A DNA stretch of 64,000 bases. Origin: Malacoraja senta. Lineage: Eukaryota. Below are positions 12,721-22,882 of this stretch, piece by piece. The stretch is taken from contig JAXLNO010000129.1 in assembly GCA_038087875.1 (NCBI GenBank), positions 1-64,000 of the forward strand. The letters run 5' to 3'. How positions within the stretch are numbered: the stretch's first letter is position 1; every line of letters starts with the position of its first letter. A program made the position numbers and the translations under genes. The notes below the pieces were generated by a model. The model was not told where the DNA came from. It did not search any database and was given only the letters and a program-made list of their open reading frames with translations.

Positions 12721-13342
12721 GTTAAAGATGTGTCTGGTTCAGTGCTGAAGATGATGGTTGGACTAACTAATTTTACCCCCTGGCCGGGTCCTCCATTGTT
12801 TCTCCCCCCCGGCAGCGTCCTCCACCATCGATCGGCAACCCCACCGACCTCTCCACTATCGCCGCAGGGTCCTCTCCGGACGCCTCCGTGGTGCCGATCC
12901 AGGCCCCAGCCATGGGCTCCGTCGACCGCGGGCTCTGACCCGCGAGGCTCGGGAGGCCTCTGTCATGGCAGCACGCCGGGAGGCTGACCCCAAACAACTA
13001 TACTAATCAAGAAACTATCTATCTCTGCCTTAAAAATATCCACTGACGGCCTCCACAGCCTTCTGTGGCAAAGAATTCCACAAATTCACCACCCTCTGAC
13101 TAAAGAAATTCCTCATCTCCTTCCCAAAGGAACGCCCTTGAATTCTGAGGCTATGACTGGTCCTAGACACTCCCACTAGTGGAAACATCCTCTACACATC
13201 CACTCTATCCAGGCCTTTCACTATTCGGTGAGTTTCTATGAGGTCCCTCCTCAACCTTCTAAACTCCAGCGAGTACAAGCCCATTGCTGTTCGGTCCTGC
13301 TTGGTTTCAATCAGTAGATTACTTAGCGTCACTGTGCACTCT

Positions 13343-14322
13343 TTAGTTTAGAGATACAGCACGGAAACATGCCCTTCAGCCCACCGAGTCCACACCGACC
13401 AGCGATCCCTGCACATTAACACTATCTCACACACTAGGGCCAAATTTAGATTTTTTTAATAACAAGCCAATTAACCTGCAAACCTGTACGTCTTTGGAGT
13501 GTGGGAGGAAACCGAAGATCTCGAAGAAAAACCCACGCAGGTCCCGGGGAGTACCTACAAATTACGTACAGATTCCGTACAGACAAGCACCCGTAGTCAG
13601 GGTCGAACCCGGGAGTTCAGAATCAGTTAAGTTTAATTTATTGTCACGTGCACCGAAGTACAGTGAAAAGCTTTTGTTGCGTGCTAGCCAGTCAGCAGAA
13701 AGACAATACATGATTACAGTCGAGCCATTTATAGTACATAGATACATGATAAGGGTATAACATTTGATGCAAGGTAAAGTCAACAAAGTCCAATCAAGGA
13801 TAGTCTGAGGGTCACCAAAGAGGTAGATAATAGTTCTGCTCTCTGGTTGTGGTAGTTCAGGACCACATTCTAGTTTGTGAGATGATGATTCAGTTGCCTG
13901 ATAACAGCTGGGAAGAAACTGTCCCTGAATCTGGAGGAGTGCGTTTTCACACTTCGATACCTGGTGCCTGATGGGAGAGGGGAGAAGAGGGAGTGCCCAG
14001 AGTGCGGCTCATCCTTGATTATGCTGCTGGCCTTGCTGAGACAGTGTGAGGTGTAAATAGAGTCAATAGAAGGGAGGTTGGTTTGTGTGATGGTCATTGC
14101 TGCGTCCACAATTCGTTGCAATTTCTTGCGGTCCTGGATGGAGCTGTTTCAAGCTGTGATGCATCCTGATAAAATGCTTTCTATGGTGCATCTGTAGAAG
14201 TTGGTGAGAGTTGTAGCGGACATGCCAAACTTCCTAAGCCTTCTAAGGAAGTAGAGGCTCTGAGACCCGGGGTTCGGGCGATGTAAGGCAGCAACTCTAC
14301 CACTGCGCCACCGTGCCGCCCT
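13343..14322 (-). mobile_element. V-SINE split by a Rex1/Babar-type LINE 3' fragment (about 13616-14258)
   Basis: SINE body at 13343-13612 and head at about 14260-14322. The insert encodes LYFLRRLRKFGMS...FYRCTIESILSGCITA and LFSPLPSGTRYRSVKTHSSRFRDSFFPAVIRQLN. Confidence 0.8.
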
Positions 14323-14565
14323 GTTAAAGAAACTTTCAGGCCATAACCACATTATGGGACTCGTGTTTGCTTCAATTCATGACCGGCCTGTCTGTTCTGG
14401 CAAACACCTTGGCTACTCAAAATTGAAATGGCAGCTGGCACGATCACCATGGGAACTGAGTGATACATTGAGTTGAACGGTATTAATGACCTGTCCTCTG
14501 TGATCAATCCCTGTTCTAGCAACACCATCACACCCCATACCTTTCATCCTCTCTGTTCACACCAG

Positions 14566-14676
14566 GCAGAGTGGATTAAAACCAAGCCTACTGTTTTCGA
14601 ACTTGAATCTGTTATGACACGAGTTAATCTGGAAGCACTTGAGATTGTGTTCCCGAACCGCAAATCCTCGAGCTGA
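14566..14676 (+). CDS. Candidate terminal host exon (AEWIKTKPTVFELESVMTRVNLEALEIVFPNRKSSS*), unidentified
   Basis: Long polypyrimidine acceptor ctttcatcctctctgttcacaccag, then an open frame to TGA in unique sequence. Confidence 0.3.
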   Translation, partial: AEWIKTKPTVFELESVMTRVNLEALEIVFPNRKSSS

Positions 14677-15639
14677 GATCTCGTCTTGTGGTCAGCATCT
14701 CCTGATTCCCACCTCGTGAATAACAACATCTTCCTCTATTAAAAGTCGAGTCACTGAAGGAGGAACTCATCATGACACAGCTCTTTGTATATCCTGTTAC
14801 ACACTTCACAACCTTTCAGTGATATTCAATACCATTCGAATCCTCAACAAAGCCAAAATGTGGCAATAACGATATACTTCAGCATAACTTACGTTGACTT
14901 CATCCCGCAGCAAGGGTTGTGTTGCAGTCTGAAATACTCGTAAAGGTTATTATTCGCAAATATAGTAAAACTTCCATGCTTGGAGTAAAACTTCATGAAG
15001 ATGCCTGAAATGGATTATCTGCACATTACTCATTGCATCAGTGGTGAAACTGTGCAGGCAAAGTTAAAGGAAAGATTTAATAGGGATTTAAACAAATAAA
15101 TTGTTTTGATGATTTGTACGGGTGTGAGAGGTTATGGGAAGGCAGGAGATTGGTGTTAGGAGAGAGAGATACTGTAGATCAGCCATCATTGACTGGCGGA
15201 ATAGACTTGAGGGGCCAAACGGTCTAATTCTGCTCCTATCACTAATGATCTTATGATAGAGTGTGTAAGGTGTCCCTACTTCTGCAGGTAGGAAGTACTG
15301 TGAGCACAGGACATGTATTTCAATTTACTTCCAAGAGGGAAAAAAAAGACAACGAGTTTTTTAGTTTCGTTTAGTTTGGAGATAGAGCTTGAAAACAGGC
15401 CCTTCGGCCCACCAAGTCCACACCAACCAGCGATCTCCGCAAACTAACACTATCCTACACACACTAGGGACAATTTGCATTAATGCCAAGTCAATTAACC
15501 TACAAACCTGTACGTCTTTGGAGTGCGGGAGGAAACCGAAGATCTCGGAGAAAACCCACGCAGATCACAGGGAGAACATACAAACTCCATACAGACAGCA
15601 CCCGTAGTCAGGATCGAACCCAGGTCTCTGGCGCAGTCA

Positions 15640-15834
15640 AGGGCCTGTCCCTCTTGGGCGTCATTTGCATGTCACGCAGATGGCGAGCGAAGATTTTGTA
15701 CATCCCCAAATCCTGGGGCGGCGCGCGCGACCACGCGTCACTGCCAACGTCACCACGCACCATGCGCGCGTAATTATGTCATAAATGATGTCGCGTAAAT
15801 TACGCGCAAATGACGCCCAAGTGGGACAGGCCCT
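15640..15834. mobile_element. MITE, PIF/Harbinger-like (195 bp)
   Basis: TIRs AGGGCCTGTCCCTCTTGGGCGTCATTTGC and GCAAATGACGCCCAAGTGGGACAGGCCCT; flanked by TCA and TTA. Confidence 0.75.
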
Positions 15835-15837
15835 TTA

Positions 15838-16434
15838 AGGGCCTGTCCCACGGGCATGCGAGTCCATGCGGCAAGCGCGACCTAACCGCAAGCGGGGGCC
15901 GTGCGGGTGCCGCGCGGAGGCCGCGGGGCCGGACCCACCGATCGCGGGAGCCGCATGGAGTTGTGCGGAGCTGGTCCCGACATCGCGCGGGGCTCCGAAA
16001 AACTGACACTGTTCAAAAATTCCGTGCGGCAACGGCCTGCCGCCCCGCAGCCGCATCGAGGCCGTGCGCGCCGCATCGACGGCCGTGCGCACCGCCTCGA
16101 CGCCGGACGCAGCCGCCTCGAGGCCGTGCGCACCACCTCGACGCCGGACGCAGCTGCCTCGAGGCCGTGCGCACCACCTCGACGCCGGACGCAGCCGCAT
16201 CGAGGCCGTGCGCACCGCCTCAACGGCCGTACGCACCGCCTCGCCGCCGTACGCACCGTCTTGGCGGCATTCGACCTCCGCGCGGCCCCCGCTTCCAGTT
16301 TGGTAGCACTTGCCGCATGCAGCCGCATGCTGGGGGACCGGCCCTGTGCAGGGATCACTCGACCTCCGCGTGGCTCCCGCTTGCGGTTAGGTCGCGCTTG
16401 CTGCATGGAGTCGCATGCCCGTGGGACAGGCCCT
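15838..16434. mobile_element. MITE, PIF/Harbinger-like (597 bp), GC/CpG-rich with an internal ~42 bp tandem repeat
   Basis: TIRs of about 59 bp starting AGGGCCTGTCCCACGGGCATGCG; flanked by TTA and TAA; repeats of gccgcatcgaggccgtgcgcacc... at about 16050-16260. Confidence 0.8.
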
Positions 16435-18172
16435 TAAGTCAGCAACTTTACTGCTACGCCACTGTGAAACCCTTGTTCTTATTTGAAATTGATGTATTAT
16501 GTGTATTTCTAATCGCCCAAATATAGAAATGATTTGAAGGCTTTGGAGAGGGTGCAGAAGAGGCTTACCAGAATGCTACCGGGATTAGGGGGTATTATCT
16601 ATAAGGAGAGGTTGGACAAACTTGGATTGTTTTTTTCGGAATGTCAGAGGTTGAGGGATTGAAAGGTAGACAGTCAGAATTTTTATTTCCCAGGGTGAAA
16701 ATATAAAAAGACCAGAGGGCATAGCTTAGTTTAGTTTAGTTTAGAGATACAGTGCGGAAACAGGCCCTTCGGCCCATCGGGTCCGCACTGACCCGCGATC
16801 CCCACACATTAACGCTATCCTACACACACTGGTGACAATTTACATTTATACCAAGCCAATTAACCTACAAACCAGTATGTGGGTTACACGGATGGGCTTA
16901 AATTTAAAAGTGGGGGTGGGGGGTCGAGTCAACATCGTGGATAGGTATCCTTGCAGCTAACGGGAAAGAAAGTGTAGGAAAGGTAACGTTTAAACTAACA
17001 CGGCAGGGGGATGAGAACCAATGCAAGGAGACAGAGGGCCATAAAAGGACAGAAGCAAAGGGTGGAAGGGAGATAAGAAAAACTAACCTGAATGCTTTGT
17101 ACCTTAATGCGAGGAGCATTCAAAATAAGGTGGATGAATTGAATGCGCAGTTAGTAGTTAAGGGATATGATATAGTTGGAATTACGGAGACATGGCTCCA
17201 GGGTGACCAAGGCTGGGAGCTAAACATGCAGGGGTATTCGATATTCAGGAAGGATAGACAGAAAAGAAGAGGAAGTGGGGGTGGCATTGCTGGTTAAAGA
17301 GGAAATTAATGCAATAGCAAGGAGAGACGTTAGCTTGGATGCTGAGAGTCGGTATGGGTAGAACTCTGAAATAACCATGGGCAGAAAACGCTTGTTGGAG
17401 TTGTATACGGACCACCAAACAGCAGTAGGGAGGTTGGGGATAACATCAAGCAGGAAATTAGGGATGCATGCAGCAAAGGTACAGCAGTTATCATAGGTGA
17501 CTTTAACCTACATATAGATTAGGCCAACAGCACTGAGGAGAAGGATTTCCTGGAATGTATACGGGATGGGTTTTTAAACCAATATGTAGAGGAACCGACT
17601 TGACGGCAGGCCATCCTAGACTGGGTATTGTGTAATGAGGATGGATTAGTTAGTGATCTTGCTGTGCAAAGCCCCTTGGCAACAATGACCATAATATGGT
17701 GGAATTCTGCATTAGGATGGAGAGTGACATGATTAATTCAGAGACTAGGGTCCTGAACTTGAATAAAAGAGACTTTGAAGGGATGAGATGGGAATTGGCT
17801 AGGATAGACTGGCAAATTATACTTAAAGGGTTGACAGTGGAGATGCAATGGAGAAGATTTAAAGTCCGCATGGATGAACTCCAGTAATTGTTCGTCCCTG
17901 TCCTGCGAAAAAATAAAACTGGGAAGGCGGTTCATCCATGGCTGAGGGAAGTCAAGGATAGTGTTAAAGCCAAGTATAAATTGGCCAGAAGAAGCGGCAA
18001 ACCAGAGGACTGGGAGAAATGTTGAACTCAACAGAGGAGGACAAAGAGGTTAATTGAGAGGGGAAAAAAAGAGCATGAAAGAAAGCTTGCGGGGAATATA
18101 AAAACTGACTCTAAAAGTTTCTATAGGTATGTAAAAAGAAAAAGATTAGTGAAGACAAATGTAGGTCCCTTA

Positions 18173-18666
18173 AAGGCCTGTCCCACGAGCACGCAACTGC
18201 ATGCGGCAAGCGCGACCTAACGTGGTCGCGCTAGCCATGCGGCCTCGCGGGGCCGGTCCAACTTCGATCGCGGAAGCCGCATGGAGTTGTGCGGAGCTGG
18301 TCCCGACATCGCGTGGGGCTCCGAAAAACTGACAGTGTTCAAAAATTCCGTGCGGCAAAGGCCTGCCAGCCCGCTGCCGCATGGAGGCCGCACGCACCGC
18401 CTCGATGCCGTACGCACCGTCCCGACGCCGTGCGCAGCGTCTTGATGCCATACGTCACGCGCGAACTTCCCGCGGACTTCGTTCGAACTTCACGTCAATC
18501 ACTCGACCTCCGCGCGGCCCCCGCTTCCGGTTTGGTCGCGCTCGCCGCATGCAGCCACATGCTGGTGGGACCGGCCCTGTATGGGGATCACTCGACCTCC
18601 GCGCGGCCCCCGCTTCCGGTTTGGTCGCGTTTGCCGCATGCAGTCGCATGCTCGTGGGCAGGCCCT
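18173..18666. mobile_element. MITE of the same family as 15838-16434, inserted in CR1 ORF2
   Basis: Ends AAGGCCTGTCCCACGAGC and GCTCGTGGGCAGGCCCT. TTA is duplicated at 18170-18172 and 18667-18669; removing the element restores the CR1 sequence ggtcccttacagtcaga. Confidence 0.85.
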
Positions 18667-19238
18667 TTACAGTCAGAGACAACTCAGTATCCCGTACCTG
18701 CCTTCTCTCCATACCCCCTGATCCCCTTAGCCACAAGGGCCACATCTAACTCCCTCTTAAATATAGCCAATGAACTGGCCTCAACTACCATCTGTGGCAG
18801 AGAGTTCCAGAGATTCACCACTCTCTGTGTGAAAAAGTTTTTCCTCATCTCGGTCTTAAAGGATTTCCCCCTTATCCTTAAGCTGTGACCCCTTGTCCTG
18901 GACTTCCCCAACATCGGGAACAATCTTCACTATGGAAGACACAAGCAATCTCCCAGAAATACTAGGGGACCGAGGATATAGTGGGAGGGAGGAACTGAAG
19001 GGAATCCACATTAGTCAGAAAATGGTGCTAGGTAAACTGTTGGGACTAAAGGCAGATAAAACCCCAGCGCCTGATGGTCTGCATCTCAGAGTACTCAAGG
19101 AGATGGCCCTAGAAATTGAGGATGCATCGGTGATCATTTTCCAATGTTCTCTCAACTCTGGGTCAGTTCCTGTGGACTGGTGGGTAGCCCATGTAACTCC
19201 ACTTTTTAAGCAAGGAGGCCAAGAGAAAACGAATAGGC

Positions 19239-19268
19239 AACGTTTCGGGTCGAAACCCTTCTTCAGAC
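19239..19268 (-). ncRNA. Minimal hammerhead ribozyme core on an isolated ~45 bp Penelope fragment inside CR1
   Basis: Minus strand reads GU-CUGAAGA-A-GGGU(UUCG)ACCC-GAA-ACGU-U. Confidence 0.55.
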
Positions 19269-19574
19269 TGATGGAGCTACATCAGTCTACCGCAGGGTGC
19301 CGCAAAGCTCTGTGATGGGACACCAGTTGTTTACCATATATATTAACGATTTAGACGAGGGAATTAACTGTAACATCTCTAAGTTTGCGGATGACACAAA
19401 GCTGGCTGTCAGTGTGAGCTGCGAGGTTGATGCTATGAGGCTGCAGGGTGACTTGGATACTTCATATGAATGGCCACTGAAGAAGTTGATGAAGGCCACT
19501 GAAGGTTGATGGCAGGTCACATAAGGAGATCCAGGTGCTGGTATAAACTGCAGATAGACACAAAAAGTTGGTCA

Positions 19575-20575
19575 CTCAGCCCACCTGGGCCTACGTGATC
19601 TCTCAGTTGCTGAACAGTTTAACTACCCTTTCCATTCCCACGCTGACCTTTCTGTCCTGGGCTTCCTCCATTGTCAGAGTGAGGCCAAATGCAAATTGGA
19701 GGAACAGCACCTCAGATTTCACTTGGGCAGCTTACACTCCAGCGTTATGCATATTGATTCAACTTCTAGTAACCCTTGCATCCCCTCTCTCTCCATCCCT
19801 CCCGCACCCTAGGCATTGCACTAGTTTCACTGTCGTCCTGGTGAGTTTCATTGTCTGTCTAATTCATTTTCACCTACCCCACAGCCAACAATGGCCTGCA
19901 TATCTTTCATTCATTTATTCTATATCTCTCTATGTCACCGGTAGACACAAAATGCTGGTGTAACTCAGCAGGTGAGGCAGCATCTCTGGAGAGAAGGAAT
20001 GGGCGATGTTTTGGGTCAAGACCCTTCTTCAGACTGATGTCAGGGGAGGGGGCGGGACAAAGATAGAATGTAGTCGGATACTAGTTGGAGAACTGGGAAC
20101 GGGAAGGGGATGGAGAGAGAAAGCAAGGGCTATCAGAAGTTAGAGAAGTCAATGTTCATACCACTGGGGTGTAAACTACCCAAGCGAAATATGAGATGCT
20201 ATTCCTCCAATTTGCGCTGGGCAGATTGGGAATGGGAGGGGGAGTTGAAGTGCTGAGCCACCGGGAGATCAGGTAGGTTAAGACAGACTGAGCGCAGGTG
20301 TTCAGTGAAACGATCGCCGAGCCTGCTCTTGGTCTCACCGATGTAGAGAAGTTGACACCTGGAACAGCGGATACAGTAGATGAGGTTGTAGGAGGTGCAA
20401 GTGAACCTCTGCTTCACCTGGAAAGACTGTTTGGGTCTCTATATCACCGTCTATATCTCTTGTTTCCCTTACCCCTCAGTCCGATGAAGGTTCTCGACCT
20501 GAAACGTCACTTGTTCCTTCTCTCCAGAGATGCTGTCTGACCCGCTGTGTTACTCCAGCTTTTTGTGCCTATCTC
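19575..20575. mobile_element. Penelope-like 3' fragments: + copy at about 19575-19940 and - copy at 19941-20430 with an inverted pseudo-LTR end
   Basis: NLIYCIRCSRCQLLYIGETKSRLGDRFTEHLRS (20199-20417, minus). Degenerate hammerhead motifs at about 20005-20035 (-) and 20498-20530 (+). Confidence 0.8.
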
Positions 20576-21344
20576 AACAGAAGGAGATAGTTGAGGGAAG
20601 TTGACCAAACGTTCGGTCAAGGATGAACGTTTTAAATGGTACCCTATGGGGGACGGAGTGGCAGAGAGGTTTAAGGAGGGAATCACAGAGCTTGAGCAAA
20701 TGAAACTAAAGGCATGGCTGCTAATGGTGGCCTGTTGTGGCCTCTGGAGGTCACTGAGTGGACAAACAACAAGCCTTTAGTATGCTCCAGAAATATTTCA
20801 GAATACACTTGACATCCTCCAAAGTAATTCATGTTTGAAACAGCTCCATTGGTAACAACAAGCTTCCTGTGTAATTGCCCGCAGCTGGACAACCACATAA
20901 GCAGCGTATTCAATCTCTTGCATTAATGTCCAGCAATGTCCAAGTACACTAACACCCTGTTCCTCACCGAGGTTAGAAAGTGACCGTACATCACTGACGA
21001 AATGCAGTTAATGGATGACAGATCTGATGCTTAACTTAGGAGTTTCCAGAAGCACTGGAAAAAACCTATCATTGGTGTCGATATGACATTCACCACGATG
21101 CCCAAGAACAATGGGATCTTTTCTATACCCTTCAGTAGAGGAACGCAAAGAAAGCTGTAAAGTACAAATAAAGAAAGCTAACGGATCAAAATCCTGTTTT
21201 CCAAATTGTCGTTGGGAGGGGTGGATATTTTGCTGCATGAAGTGTGAGAATATAGGCAAAATAATGGTCATTTATTAATGTAAAGGATCCAACTTCAGGG
21301 ATATATGCACATGTTCTTAAGAAGGTGCAGGACCATATAATAGG

Positions 21345-21860
21345 GGTGGCACGGTGACGCAGCGGTCGAGTTGGTGTCTTTTAACACTTGCGGCACTGGA
21401 GACCCGGGTTCGATCCCGACTACGGGTTACATCTGTATGGAGATTGTACATTCTCCAAACAGACATGTAGTGTTAATGTGTGGGAATTGTTGGTCGGTGA
21501 TCCGAAGGGCCTGATTCCACGCTCTATCTCTAAACTAACTAAATTAAATAAGCTCTGGAATTTAGTTTAGTTTAGTGTCAATTTGTTTGGTGATACGGCA
21601 CGGAAACAGGCCCTTTGCCTCACCAAGTCTGCGGCGATCAATGATCCACGTACACTAACAGTATCCTACACGCCAGGGATCATTTACAATTTATTTACAA
21701 AAGCCAATTAACCAACAAACTTGCGTGATAGGAAACCAGAGCACCTGGGGAAAACCCGCGCTGTCACGGGGAGAAGGTACAAACTCTGTACAGACAGGAT
21801 GGAACCCGGGTCTCCGGCGCTGTAAGGCAGCAACTCTACCGCTGCGCCACCGTGCCGGCC
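21345..21860. mobile_element. Tail-to-tail pair of V-SINEs (+ then -)
   Basis: Internally deleted + copy at 21345-21545 and - copy at 21560-21860, with facing (CTAAA)n and (TTTAG)n tails. Confidence 0.75.
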
Positions 21861-22577
21861 CTTTCAACCCTAGGGAGTTCTTTCTCTAAACCTCTTCACT
21901 TCTCTCTCTCTTTACAAGAAAATCCTTAACACCCATAATTTTGGCTGTTGGATTAAAACGGTAATAATAGGCAAAGGGGATACAATGTTTGCACGGAATA
22001 TTATGTGAAAACAAAGGGTCTTTGAAGTGAAACATTAACTCTGTTTTTCTTTCCACTGATGCAGCCTGATCTGCTGTGTGTTTCCTGCATTTTCTGTTTT
22101 TATATCAGACTTCCAACATCAGCAGTGTTTTGATTTTCTTTTACAGGCTTTTCCCAGTGTCGATCGCCTTGAAATCGTAAATGTCCTCTGTGGCTCATGC
22201 TGAGAACAGCAGCCATTCACACTGGGTTCAGTATTTTCCCATCCACAGGTCCCAGCCTCTGCCAGATCCCAACACCAGTCATGAAAAACAATCCTTTTCT
22301 TCTGTTCTATCACATTTGATTTGCTGTTGTTTGGCAGCCTATTCAATGGACTTGAATACCCTTCCCAGCCATAGTGGTGCCTCACATTACAGATCAGCTA
22401 ATGTGGTTTAAATCAAGGCCCAGCTTGGCTCACCCATGGCTCAGTAGGCTCGGCCAAGGTGGGGTTGGGAGTCTCCCCCTCTGTGATTCCTTCTGCTCAC
22501 CAGCTCTACAATTACGATTTAACCAGGACTACCATTGTGGGCTCCATCTTTCCTTGGTCATCGGTGCTGCCTCTGAT

Positions 22578-22882
22578 TTAGTTTAGTTTAGAGATACAGC
22601 ATGGAAACAGGCACTTTTGCCCACCGGGTCTGCACCGTACCAGCGATCCCCGCACATTAACACTATCTTACACACACTAGGGACAATTTACAAATACACC
22701 AAGCCGATTAACCTACAAACGTGTACATCTGGTGTGTAGGAGGAAACAGAGGATCTCGGAGAAAACACACGCAGGTGGCGGGGAGAGCGTACAAACTCCG
22801 TACAGACAGCACCGTACGCAGTCAGGATCCAACCCAGGTCCCTGGAGCTGTACGGCAGCAACTCTACCACTGCACCACCGCT
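22578..22882 (-). mobile_element. V-SINE
   Basis: Full reverse-oriented body and tail. Confidence 0.8.

Larger units (their letters stand above)
15356..16467 (-). mobile_element. V-SINE acting as host for two adjacent MITEs
   Basis: SINE sequence ...ggtctctggcgcag stops at 15636 and resumes as taagtcagcaactttac at 16435. Confidence 0.8.
16990..19460 (+). mobile_element. Older, decayed CR1 LINE (APE and RT remnants), interrupted and internally deleted
   Basis: YLNARSIQNKVDEL...IVGITETWLQGDQGWEL, LKADKTPAPDGLHLRVLKE and LFTIYINDLDEG...SKFADDTKL peptides with stops and frameshifts. Confidence 0.9.

Noticed and set aside
15800..16526. Multiple long overlapping ORFs on both strands
   Set aside because: GC-rich MITE repeats lack stop codons; no transposase motifs.
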